Positions 1 to 12,239 are shown, counted from the stretch's first letter. The stretch: 64,000 nt of DNA from Octopus vulgaris (GCA_951406725.2 OX597838.1:26102001-26166000); one strand, 5' to 3'. Translations and numbers: made by a program. The notes: a model not told the origin generated them from the letters alone.

Positions 1-45
1 CAGACCGAGCGATGCATTGTGTTCTTGAACAAAACACACACATTC

Positions 46-157
<112 letters not shown>

Positions 158-310
158 GCCTGTCTGTCTATATATTTATCTATCTATGTGTGTGTGTGTA
201 TATACACAAATACATACACACATATATTATATATCAACAATATTAAAGATAAGGATTACCCCGAAGTAGCTAAGGCATTACTTTTAATTCTATAATTATA
301 TACTGCCTTT

Positions 311-401
311 TAAGACCAACACATATGCTTCAGTTGCACCGATTAGTAACCATTGCAATTGCAACCCTACTATAAGACGGTGCAGTCTCTTCAGGGTCTT
401 A
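311..401 (-). ncRNA. Degenerate type-I hammerhead ribozyme in PLE 3' region
   Basis: Minus strand: aagacc CTGAAGA g actgcaccg...cggtgcaact GAAG CATATG TG t tggtctt. Stem I aagacc/ggtctt, long stem II, palindromic stem III; GAAA->GAAG and cleavage triplet mutated. Confidence 0.7.
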
Positions 402-566
402 ACTTGATGCCCCTCGATATGGCCGTTTAATGATTTTCTTTTATAAACTCTGCGTTGTATAATGTAGAGTTGTCCGTTAAGTCAGACGCGAACGATCTCT
501 CTTTCAAGTTCTTATTGGATAATAATTTTCACTCCATCATTTCAAAACCTTGTATAGTTTAAATTG

Positions 567-949
567 CGGAGGCGCAATGGCCCAGTGGTTAGGGCAGCGG
601 ACTCGCGGTCGTAGGATCGCGGTTTCGATTCCCTGACCGGGCGTTGTGAGTGTTTATTGAGCGAAAACACCTAAAGCTCCACGAGGCTCTGGCAGGGGAT
701 GGTGGTGATCCCTGCTGTACTCTTTCACCACAACTTTCCCTCACTCTTACTTCCTGTTTCTGTTGTACCTGTATTTCAAAGGGCCGGCCTTGTCACTCTC
801 TGTGTCACGCTGAATATCCCCGAGAACTACGTTAAGGGTACACGTGTCTGTGGAGTGCTCAGCCACTTACACGTTAATTTCACGAGCATGCTGTTCCGTT
901 GATCGGATCAACCGGAACCCTCGTCGTCGTAACCGACGGAGTACTTCCA
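567..949 (+). mobile_element. tRNA-derived SINE family A, full length (possibly octopus OR1-like)
   Basis: A box tggcccagtgg, B box gtttcgattccc; near-identical copy at 31869-32252; TSD-like tagtttaa(a)(t/c)tg at 555-566 and 950-960. Confidence 0.92.
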
Positions 950-1611
950 TAGTTTAACTGATAATTACTCATTTATATTTGGCAAATGTAAATTTCCTCC
1001 TGTGCAAGCATCTCAGTGCTTGCACCTCTCCAGAATTTATCATATTAACATTGGATGTGGATATCCTGTAAAATTCTTCTATACATGGGTCACATCTATT
1101 GGTTCCTGGTCGGTATGGTTTTGCAGTACAAATTAACTCCCCTTTAATCGTATAGTCCTTGTTACTGTCCTTGAAAGGTCAGATTAATTTGCTAAGACTC
1201 GTTTGGAACCTTTTATTTTCATTGAATAGATATGATAAAACGATTCTCAAGATTATTTCTGCGCTTTTGTTTTCAAATATAGTTTTTCTTTGATGAGCTA
1301 TGCGTCTTTTTCTAAATTCATGCAAATGACCTAAAAAAACTGATGCACACCGTATAACACACACACATACACACACATATACAATATGTCAAGGTAAGAT
1401 CCAAAGATCAAGGTGTAGGAGGTTAGTAAGTTTCAAGCAATCCATAGAAGATTAAAGAGCAACTTTCAGGAAAAATAGAAGGATGTACATTTTTTTCCAT
1501 ATCGAAGTTCGATAAGTTGAATAAGTTGTTTAATGACTTACGGTTAGCAGCTGGGTTGCTGCGTATGAGAATTAAAATCCAAAATTAGGGAATGGAGGAG
1601 ATAAAATGCAG

Positions 1612-1702
1612 GCTACATATGTTTCTTAGCCAACAGAACCTCGGAAGTGGTAATTATCTTAACGAGGGGTACTCCGCTATGTACTCGCGGCGTCAAAGCT
1701 GA
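1612..1702 (-). ncRNA. Possible highly degenerate hammerhead motif
   Basis: Minus strand ends GAAA CATATG TA gcctg (same stem III as 311-401), with a pairable stem II; 5' core reads TTGACGC. Confidence 0.35.
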
Positions 1703-1787
1703 CTTAATCAAATTGAAGTTTACATTGTCGTTAAGGGATTGCATGTTGACTCGCAGGAAATTCGGTCGAAAATCGAATATATGTATG

Positions 1788-1853
<66 letters not shown>

Positions 1854-1862
1854 CACATATAT

Positions 1863-3443
1863 AGGACAGTGTCTTTTGATGCCAGTCTGATGACATGTCA
1901 CTCCACTGTAATCAAATGCTGCAAATATTGCGTTGAAATCATTATTGAGCAATGCTGTTAAAAGCAGAATTGTACAGAACATTTGTAACTAATAATAATG
2001 GTATTTTAAGTTCATTCTTCATCTTATTTGGATTTGTCTTGTGTGTGTGAATTTACACACACACACACACACACATATATATTGCATTCTGTGTTAAACG
2101 GAAAAGTGGTGACGAGTGACTATTCTGCAAATAATGACATGTTATAAGCGGTCACCGTGTATTGACTAAAGAAAATAGTCTAATACTGGGGGCATATGAG
2201 CCCTTGACAGAAAATACACGGTGACCGCTTATAAACTTTAAGCTTATAACATATTATTTACAGAATTGTCACTCGTTACCGCTTCTCAATTCACCACAAA
2301 AAACGCACAAGCCCTCGACGGAAAAATGTGGGTAGGAAAAAAGTGGGAAATATCTCGATTTTTAAAAGTTGTCAGCTCTTTCGTCTACAAGGTTTGTAAG
2401 GGGTTAGAGACTGAAGATGGAAACGTATCGTCTGTATCAAAGCATAAAAATCATTCTAAATGCCTTGAAATTATCAGAACACCTGAATTTATCCAGCAAG
2501 TTCAACAGATCATTGATTACAATCCCAGAAAGTCCAACAGGTCAATTGCGAAAGATCTCCATGCGTCAGAAAGAACAGTCAAAAATGTCGTCCGCAAAGA
2601 CATCAGATATAAGTCTTATTTGATGAAGAAAAGTCAGTTTGTCAGAAAACGCAAAAGAAAATTACTACATCAGATTCAAGGATCAAGGTCTAGGAAGTTA
2701 GTAGAATCCAGCAGAAGATTTGATTTGGTTTTTTTCTCAATTGAGAAAAACTCCAACCAAGATCAAAAAGTTAACAGAAGAAATGAAAGATGGTTATGTG
2801 TAGACCCTTCTGAAGTTCCAAGTGTTATGCTTACAAAATTTCCTGCAACTCTCATGGTTTTAGGGGTTGTCAGCAATGAAGGACATGTGATGCCTCCTTA
2901 CTTCTTTCCACAAGGCCTTTGAGTTAACTCTGCCACCTACATTAAGGACCTGGAAACAATTGTTAAGCCCTGGATAGGCAGTGTATGCAATGGAAGGCCA
3001 TATAGGTTTCAGTAAGACTCTGCACTATCACACATAGCTCTAGTAACACAGGAATGGATGGCTGAGAATTTTCATGATCACATAACTCCTAACATTTGGC
3101 CTCCTAATTCCCCAGATCTCAATCCATTGGACTATTACATGTGGAGCGTTGTTGAGATAGAGGTCAATGAACACGCCCATAACACCAAAGATTCTTTGAA
3201 AGCTGCCATAGTCAGAGTAATGTCCAAAATGAACCAGGACCACTTAATTCGAGCATGTACACGATTTAGATTTCATATAGAAGCAGTTGTTAAAGCTGAA
3301 GGTGGCTTTATTGAATAACATTTTAGAAAAGAAGGTTTATTTCTATCCTCAGAGCATTTTTTGATAAAATTATTATCTGTTGTTATATACCTGTTCTTTT
3401 TTTTTAAAAATTAATCTGTCCTCAAATATTTTACGCATCCTGT
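1863..3443 (+). mobile_element. Decayed Tc1/mariner-superfamily DD37D (maT) transposon
   Basis: ORFs 2266..2922 and 3058..3318 join through stops: HTH region (NPRKSNRSIAKDL), FFS(D>I)EK, FQ*DSA...WPPNSPDLNPLDY with 37 residues between 2nd and 3rd D. Right TIR gtcctcaaatattttacgcatcctg+TA; only aggacag of a left TIR remains near 1863. Confidence 0.9.
2101..2288. repeat. Fold-back inverted repeat (~63 bp arms, 49 nt loop)
   Basis: gaaaagtggtgacgagtgactattctgcaaataat..ttataagcggtcaccgtgtatt matches the reverse complement of 2213-2288. Confidence 0.9.
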
Positions 3444-3490
3444 ACATACATACATACATACATACATACATACATACATACATACATACA

Positions 3491-3521
<31 letters not shown>

Positions 3522-3572
3522 GTATGTATGTGTGTATGTGTGTATGTATGTATGTATACATATGTATGTATA

Positions 3573-3604
<32 letters not shown>

Positions 3605-4012
3605 CACATACATACCCACATAAATACATACATACATATATATATGGATATATGTACACACACACACATCTATAACATATATGTCTGTATGCATATACAC
3701 ATACATTGCCTGTCTGTTTATGTGTATTTTTAGCAGGCTTCTGTATAGTTTCCCTCGGTTGAATTTCCAATCCAAGTGTTTTGCTCAACTGGAAGTCCTT
3801 CTCCACGTGGACTCAAATCCAGAACTGCGTGGTTGCGAAGCGAACAGCTTACCCACTTAACCAATGGGACACACACACACACGTACACGCATTGCATGCA
3901 TGGCCGCTCATATATGGAGAATTACATCTACAGAGTCTAGTGTAACAACCGTTCGCACACACACACACACACACATATACACACGCACTCGCACGTACAC
4001 ACACATAGAGCA

Positions 4013-4090
4013 CACGTGACTTTAAACGTGATCACCCCACGTGATTATCCAATGTGAACTTCTTGCCACACTTATCGCAGAGGAATACTT
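4013..4090 (-). pseudogene. C2H2 zinc-finger relic
   Basis: FLCDKCGKKFTLDNHVG(-1 nt in GGGG)DHV*SH gives exact C-x2-C-x3-F-x5-hydrophobic-x2-H-x3-H spacing. Confidence 0.5.
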
Positions 4091-4312
4091 CAGCGTGATG
4101 CCTACCTATCGACACGCTCGCGCAACCTCTCTCCATGTGCAAATGTGTGTGTATGTGTGTGTGTGTATGTGTGTGTGTGTGCGTGTGCGTGTGTGTGCGC
4201 GTGTGTGTGTATACAGATACGCACATCGTGCACCTGTCTACTTGTTATTACTCTGAATATACACATTCACATTCATACACACGCATACATGTTTACCTGG
4301 AGAGATACACTT

Positions 4313-4343
<31 letters not shown>

Positions 4344-4668
4344 CTGTTTGTGTGTGTGAGTATACGTATAAGTGTGTGCGTCTGCATGTGTGTATATATA
4401 TATACTTGCGCATCTATCTATCTATCCCTCTTCTTCCACTTTTTTCTATAACACACACAACACTCACGGACACTCATACACACTCAAACACACATACACA
4501 CATACGTACATACATACATGCACACACACACACACACACAGACATATATATACACATTCCAGCATGGCCACAACTTTAGGGCTGAAACGTATAGAAGGAA
4601 TAAAAGAAATATATATATATATATATGTGTGTGTGGAGTATATATACATACATAAATACATACATACA

Positions 4669-4760
<92 letters not shown>

Positions 4761-5023
4761 CACGTACCCTGTTAACTCGTGTATTATACGAGAAGCTTCA
4801 TAGGGGAGAAAAGCAGGTAAGAGTTTGTGATGGTAGCGAAGGGGTTGTATATGATCGAGTGTAAGAAAATAAAGAAGATAAGGGGCTGGAATATATTACA
4901 GATTCTTAAGTACAAACACTAGGGGTGGGTTCTTTATATTGGAGATCGTAATATACTCGAAAACAGCATATCCGCCGCCCCCCGCCGACGCCCACATGTG
5001 TTATACATATCTATTTATATCCA

Positions 5024-5071
<48 letters not shown>

Positions 5072-5230
5072 ACCCTCTATTTCTCTCTCTTTTTCCCACT
5101 CTCTATATGTATAAATTGAGAGAGAGAGAAAGAGAGAGAGATACATAGATACATATAAATACGCATATATGTATATAGTTGTATACATACATGCATGCAT
5201 ATATAATATATACATATGTATTGTGTGTAC

Positions 5231-5268
<38 letters not shown>

Positions 5269-5271
<3 letters not shown>

Positions 5272-5377
5272 CCTGCTCGCTTAGCCAGTGGGGTGGCGTC
5301 ATTCGAAGGCTAAAACAATGCGAACGCATTGTGACCAGCGATGTGTAACTACATCTGATGGACTGGTCGGTCACGTG

Positions 5378-5383
<6 letters not shown>
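5269..5383 (+). mobile_element. Short interspersed repeat fragment (family F, probable SINE 3' tail) inside (TA)n
   Basis: aaaacaatgcgaa(g)cgcattgtgaccagcgatgtgta recurs at 59530-59583; flanked by (TA)n on both sides. Confidence 0.6.
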
Positions 5384-5408
<25 letters not shown>

Positions 5409-6197
5409 TTACATGCATATATTCGTGAATAGATATTATACGTCTATGTATGTACACACGCACACAAATATATTAATGTATACACACACATACATATATA
5501 TATATGAAGATATGTATAATGCAAAATATGTGTGTGTGTGTGTGTGTGTGTGAGTATAGTGAAGGAGATGTAATGATGATGATGATGATAGTGACTCAAT
5601 GATGCCTCAAGAGAGGCCAAGAAAATCTTCTAATTCCTATTGGATGTAGATTGAGCTGGAACGTACGTAAAAGAAGGGCGGTAAAGGGCGGAGAAGGGCG
5701 GAAATCTCATAAATCTTTTACTCACAAAAAAAAAAAAAAAAAAATTTGCTCGACCAAAACAGGCCAGGCACTTTAATCATAATCTTATGAAAGCACTTGG
5801 GATCGACTTATAACAATGTCTACTCGGGACCCCCAACAAGACATTCCGCTGCATTTGCCATCGAGAATGATTTACTCCTAACTATGTCTGAAATCCAAAC
5901 TGACCTTTCGAATCTAAGGAACCGAGATGCTTACGAAGAGGGCGAGACTGCAAAGTACTCTCCATTTCCATCCCGGAGACAACAGTGTCTTCTCACACAA
6001 CATCTATGAATTTTACCCTCGTGTGCTCAAGAGTATAGACGTGCTCAAAGGTTATGTTCTATCAATTAAAATTTATCAGTATTTCTTATTGCTTTTTTGT
6101 TGTTCTTGTTTTTGGTATGCAAGTTTCTTCATTCGAATTCGTGTGTTGAAACATATCTCGTTGCACCCCGGGAAGATCACAAGGCCAGTAATAACAT

Positions 6198-6597
6198 ATC
6201 TTTTCTACTCTAGGCACGAGGTTCGAAATTTTGGGTGAGGGGTGCCAATCGATTAGATCGACCCCATTACGCAACTGGTACTTAATTTATTGACTCCGAA
6301 AGGATAAAAGGCAAAATCGACCTCGGTGGAATTTGAACTCAGAACGTACCTGCAGACAAAATACCTATTTCTTTACTACCCACAAGGGGCTAAATACAGA
6401 GAGGACAAACAAGGACGGACTAACAGATTAAGTCGATTATATCGACCCCAGTACGTAACTGGTACTTATTTAATCGACCAAAAGGATGAAAGGCAAAGTC
6501 GACCTCGGCGGAATTTGACTCAGAATGTAAAGACAGACGAAATACCGCTAAGCATTTTCTCCCGGAGTGCTAACGTTTCTGCCTGCTCGCCGCCTTT
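6198..6597 (-). mobile_element. SINE family B, dimeric form
   Basis: Head aaggcggcgagc(a/t)ggcagaaacgttagc, B box gagt(t)caaattcc, two tandem body units with different tails. Confidence 0.9.
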
Positions 6598-6602
6598 CAG
6601 TA

Positions 6603-7002
6603 TTTCTATTCTAGGCACAAGGCCCAAAATTTTTGGGGAGGGAGCCATTCGATTAGATCGACCTCAGTACGCAACTGGTACTTATTTAATCGACCCCAAA
6701 AGGACGAAAGGCAAAGTCGACCTCGGCGGAGTTTGAACTCAGAACGTAGCGGCAGACGAAATATCTATTTCTTTAGTACCCACAAGGGGCTAAACACAGA
6801 GAGGACAAACAAGGACGGACAAACAGATTAAGTCGATTATATCGTCCCGAGTGCGTAACTGGTACTTATTTAATCGACTCCGACCGAAAGGATGAAAGGC
6901 AAAGTCGACCTCGGTGGAATTTGAACTCAGAACGTAGCGGCAGACGAAATACTGCTACGCATTTCGCCCGGCGTGCTAGCGTTACTGCCAGCTCGCCGCC
7001 TT
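6603..7002 (-). mobile_element. SINE family B, dimeric form (head-to-tail with previous copy)
   Basis: Same architecture as 6198-6597 and 58500-58896. Confidence 0.9.
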
Positions 7003-7604
7003 AGCAGTCATTGTTGCTAAGAATATTGCAGTAATGAAATCTTAAAAAAAAAAAGAAAAAAAAAAAGAAGAAAAAAATCGTTATGTCCCTAATGTAGTAA
7101 AATAACCGAATCACAACTGTCATTGTTCTGGTTGTTGAAGTTGTTGCATATTTAAGAGTTGTGGTATGGAGATTACCGTCACGACCTGTGAACATGCATT
7201 GCGTTACCCGCTAAAAAAATAGAATTATTATGAGAAAAAAAAAAAAGAAACCCTGATTCAATTAACGAATTTTGAACGAATTCACACACATGACTTCTTA
7301 CCCCTACAACGAACTCAGAATGCGTACTGATGGAATATCGCTCACTTATAGGTCCTTTATTTTGGTCCTCACCCTTCGATCATCCCTCTATCCGCCTAGT
7401 ACAGTTGGCCTGAGGGTGTTCCGTGACCCCGTATCAACAGCCACGATATTTCATAAAGCAGGACAGAAAATTCAGTTTCTCAGTGAAACCCCACAGTTAT
7501 ATCACTGAGCGAGCTCGATATTTATGACGAATTTACCATATTTGGTAGGTTAGGCATGTATCACTCACCACTCACCAAAGCATATCCAGTATATACACCC
7601 TTGG

Positions 7605-7680
7605 TAGTGTTTGATTTAATTTGAGGAAGATTTCGTTGTGCTATTTCTAGCCGATCGAGCGACCGTGTAGAGGCTCATGT
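7605..7680 (+). mobile_element. Old interspersed repeat family E fragment
   Basis: Motif aatttgag(g)gagatttggctgctatttctagc recurs degenerately at ~9655-9700, 13300-13360 (-) and 24560-24780; related 5' part at 22720-22760 and 36715-36780 (-). Confidence 0.5.
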
Positions 7681-8489
7681 TTCGATTGTTTTATGTAACA
7701 GTAGGACTTGTGCAGCTTTTATCTCCCACTTTCTCCGTTACCTGTGTGGGAAGTTCAAATAGGATTTTAGCATTACTTTCTAGTATGTGTGTGCGTGTTT
7801 GTTCTATCTTTAGTTACCTCTGTGTAATGTTTTCGTTATCTCTCGTTTCTTTCTAGCTCCAGTTACTCTCTACTGTTTTTTTGTTTTATATTTCATTATG
7901 TAATTTACCAAAATGTTTGTACGTTACTCCCCACCCCCAACCCACAACACCTCCCCACACGACATACGCATACACATTCACACGAGCTTACACACTGTTA
8001 TGCACATAAAGAAACGCGCGCACACACAATGCACACACACACATACACACACATGCATACACATATATGCACAGCAGGTATGCACTATCAGCTCGTTTTA
8101 CTAAAGCTTGTACATGCTTCAGTAATAATTATATATGATATGACATGAGGTTGGCCAATGTCGTTTCGGCAAGTAAATTGATATACAACAATACTTGATG
8201 GTAAAATATAGAATCCGGAGATAAAAAGAGGGGAAAATCTTGTGATGGCTGTCTGCGGCGATGGCAACAATTATTCCATCTGCCCAACGGTTCTCAAACT
8301 GACATTTAGCAGCCCTCACCTAAATGTTAGTGAAAAATTCTTTATTAATTATTTCTTATTCATAAGAGCTCAGAATTAATTAAAACTCTTTATTAATGAG
8401 AAAACAAAACAGTGTTTGTGTTCATATCATTCTTCTTCCTTCGCTATGATATTGGACATATTTAAAGAGCTGGAACTATAATACTGGTT

Positions 8490-8710
8490 TTAAATTTTGG
8501 CACAAAGCCAGCAATTTCGAGGAAGGGCGTAAGACGATTATATCGACCCTAGTGCTCAACTGGTACTTAATTTTATCGGCCACAAAAGAATGGAAGGTAA
8601 AGTCGACTTCGGCGGAATTTGAACTCAGGACTTATAGGACTAGTGATGGACAAAATGTCGCCAAGCATTTTGCCCAACGTACAAGCGATTCTGCCAGCTC
8701 ACCTCCCTAA
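8490..8710 (-). mobile_element. SINE family B monomer, diverged
   Basis: Homology to family B body and head. Confidence 0.8.
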
Positions 8711-8903
8711 TGTTTTAGGGGTGGGGGTCCTGGTGTTCTAGCTATTCTGCCAACCCGATGCCCCTGTTGGAAATATAATATTGGAAGTTTGATGTACATG
8801 GTTTAACCGATAGTAAAATACACAGAAATAAAAAAAACATTATACACACACCACACACATATTGTTCTATACATATATGTATACACACAAACACATCTAT
8901 CTA

Positions 8904-9024
<121 letters not shown>

Positions 9025-10066
9025 GTGGCTTTAGCCTTCAGCAATAGGTAATTCTGCGAAAGTTACAATTTTGCTGCTCCCACCCCCCTAATCCTGTTCC
9101 AATAAATAAAATAACGGGATGTGCAAAATCTTACCTGAATCGGACAATTGCTAGGCGACCCTTAAACACCTGCTGTGTGGATTACATAACGACAGTGTGT
9201 GACACACTGTTAGACTCTGTCATTCAATAGATTTAGGAACGTGGAAACATTTTCTGCTTAAAATATTGTACCCGAGAAAACTTTCCTTTATTTCCACCAA
9301 GTGAAGATATCTCACTTTTATTTAATATTCATATAAAACATTGATTTATTTGAAGTCTCTACAAACATGAGATTTTGGCTCTGTTTCTCGATATTGTATT
9401 TTAATGTTCACTAACCAAAAGCTGATAATGAAAACATAAGCTTCTTGTATGCAACATCACATATTTAATAAAGCCGGAGGTCGGATTTGATCGGCGGACT
9501 GCAGTTTGTTTAATTCTTTGGTTTGATTTAGACATCGTAACCAAGGCCATACTGGAACATCATCTTTAGACGTCTGCCTTTCTTTGACTTCCCAGACATA
9601 ATGTATTTAGCGCTCTATTCAATCTTACCTTCTTTTTCAATACGGTAGAATACTACGTAAGGGATATTTGGCTGCTATTTCTTGTAGGTCAGACTACACA
9701 GTTGATATAAGTGAGATTTATTCCAAATGCCGTTCATCTTTCTCCTCTTCATCTCTTCCTTTTCTTCCTCACCCTTTTCTTCTTCCTCTTGTATCTCAAC
9801 AACGCATTGATTTTTTGGAATTTCAATAAATCTTCAAGGAAATGCCAGAATAAATATTGTTACTTCTTCGAGGTTCTGAGACAATGGGAAACATCCTGAT
9901 GGAATCGAATTATCGCCGAATGTTTTGCAAAATAATCGATAACGGACGTCGATAATATTGGACCTAGATATTTCAAAGAACCAGGAATACCACTGATAAA
10001 AACAAAAGCCAACGGCTACCTTGGTGTACAGAGACATTTTAAGACCATAACTTTGATAAATTGTAA

Positions 10067-10455
10067 GCGCAGGCATGGCTGTGTGCTTCCCAACCACATG
10101 ACTTTGGGTTCAATCCCATTGCGTGGCACCTAGGGCAAATGTCTTCTACTCTGGGTTCGGGCCGACCAAAGCCTTGCGAGTGGATTTGGTAGATGGAAAC
10201 GGAAAGAAGCCTGTCGTATATACGTATGCACATATATATATGTGTACGTGTCTTTGTGTCTCTGTCTCTTTTCCCACCACCGCTTGACAACCGGTGTTGC
10301 TGTGCTTACGTCCCCGTAACCTAGCGATTCGGCGAAATAGATCGATAGAATAAGTATCAGATTTAAAAAAGAAGTACTGGGGCTGATTTCTTCGACTAAA
10401 AATTCAAGGCATTGCTCCCGCATGACCGCAGTCATATGACTGAAACAGATAAAAA
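10067..10455 (+). mobile_element. SINE family D with internal (TA)/(TG) microsatellite
   Basis: tRNA-like head gcgcagg..tggctgtgtg, CORE-like gcgtggcacct(t/a)gggcaa, tail tgactgaaaca; many copies in window. Confidence 0.9.
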
Positions 10456-10790
10456 ACATTCCGTTATTTCTATCACAAATGGCGATAAAACGCCCATACA
10501 TATAACTAACACGCCTTTCAACGTATATTACAGTCCATCACATTTTGACAAAGCCAGTGATAGACACCGTCAAACATTAAAGAAGCCACTTTAGCTTTTG
10601 CGTGATAGAACATTCTAGAAGTTTATTGAGCAGTTCTATAAACCTATGATGTGAGCACTCAATAGAGATAGTTTTAGTTACGGCTGAGGATTATATCAGT
10701 CTGGCCCACCTTATATAAGATGATCTCTCAGAATTCTTACTTTCTTACACTTACATTAACCTATTTTCTAACATTCTATCACGCACATGT

Positions 10791-11100
10791 GGAGGCACAT
10801 GGCCTAGTGGTTAGAGCAGCGGACTCGCGGTCAAGGGATCGCGGGTTCGAATCTCAGACCGGGCGATGTGTGTGTTTATGAGCGAAACACCTATGCTCCA
10901 CGCGACTCCGGCAGAAGATAATGCCGAACTTCTGCTGACTCTTTCGCCACAACTTTCTCTCACTTCTTTCCTCCTGCATCTTGCAGCTCACCTGCGACGG
11001 ACCGGCGTCCCGTCCAGGTGAGGAACTAATACGCCAAGGAAACCGGGTAACCGGCCCTTATGAGCCAGACGTGGCTCGTGAAGGAACAAACAAAACAAAA
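10791..11100 (+). mobile_element. SINE with family A head and different body (V-domain-like), (CAAA)n tail
   Basis: Head ggaggcacatggcctagtggttagagcagcggactcgcggtc; body cctgcgacggaccggcgtcccgtccagg; TSD acgcaca at 10781-10787 and 11100-11106. Confidence 0.85.
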
Positions 11101-11558
11101 CGCACAGACACATAAGGAGTTAACGGACATCTTATATAAATACACAGTAAAGACGTTGCCTCTCTTTCGCCTTCCTTCCGCCCCCTCTCTTTCTCTCTCT
11201 TTCCCCCAATACTTTACTTCTGTCTTTCTTTCTGACTTTCTATCCGCCCTTCTCTTGTCTCCTACAGGACACTTTCATTTTCCTTTGCGTTACCACATAT
11301 CTGCCTGTATTGCAGCCGCACGCCTTTTTTTGTTTTTGCTGTATATGTATATTTTATCTTATCATGTTTGTTTTCATCATTGTCCTGTACGTTCGTTAGC
11401 TATTCCTAATGGCTTTTCGCCACCAAATGTGAACAATATCAACGTTAAAGGCGCGAAATTGTAAAGATCTTTTGGATGTTGACTGATGAGGAATTAGCTA
11501 CGAATTTTCTGTTTGTCATGTTTTTGTAAAATTTTCCGTTTGGTATGTTTTTGTTAAA

Positions 11559-11728
<170 letters not shown>

Positions 11729-11903
11729 GATGAGCTACTTTCAGTTTCCGTCTGCTAAATCCACTGTCGGCCTGAGGCTATAGTAGAAGACTCTTGCTCA
11801 AGGTGGCTGAGAAGCGAGCTTCCAGCCATCATCATTGATTAAAACTGTACACAGGGATATTATGAAAATACAAGGGATATAATAAAACATAGGATGCAAT
11901 ATA

Positions 11904-12205
11904 TCTTTATATATAAAACTAAAGTTGTGTGTGTCTGTCTCCTCCGATTTAGATTCCTAACTACTCCCACATTTTGCGGTGCAGTTTAACCAAAAGCGGG
12001 TATCTTGTAGTCGTGATTCATATCGAACCCTTCTGGGTATTAGCGCGCGTCTACGATGAGTCTACGATTAAAAAAGAAAATTTACCATCATTTTTCCGCA
12101 TTTTTAATGATTTTTGCTCGGGTTATATAAGGGAAGTAACTCTCTAAAAATGCTTATATAGTTATTTCCCTTACAAACCCGAGCAACACCGGGCGATACT
12201 GCTAG
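11904..12205 (+). mobile_element. Non-autonomous Helitron
   Basis: Inserted between A and T; 5' TC(tttatatataaaa); 3' GC hairpin cccg-agcaacac-cggg a few nt upstream of terminal CTAG. Confidence 0.85.
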
Positions 12206-12239
12206 TATATCATATATTAGATACGATTGAGGAGCGGCC

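Larger units (their letters stand above)
240..1240 (-). mobile_element. Penelope-like retroelement 3' relic (GIY-YIG endonuclease C-terminus plus 3' pLTR), interrupted by a SINE
   Basis: Minus-strand translation 1240->969: SYLFNENKRFQTSLSKLI*PFKDSNKDYTIKGELICTAKPYRPGTNRCDPCIEEFYRISTSNVNMINSGEVQALRCLHRRKFTFAKYK*. This fits the PLE C-terminal pattern T-LSK-IW-LK...Y-IKW...AKPY-PG--RC-LC--EK...C-HR-KF. Downstream region carries an HHR motif. Confidence 0.8.

Noticed and set aside
567-645. tRNA genes at SINE heads (also 18220, 44360, 50485)
   Set aside because: A/B boxes are present but there is no proper acceptor stem, and each continues into a SINE body.
1179-1181. In-frame TGA in the PLE ORF as possible selenocysteine recoding (known in some Naiad PLEs)
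   Set aside because: It falls at a conserved Trp position (TGG>TGA) rather than a Cys, in a decayed copy.
5797-6009. ORF with FAIENDLL (eh1-like) motif
   Set aside because: TTG start, upstream in-frame stop, no splice support; the motif is too short to be significant.
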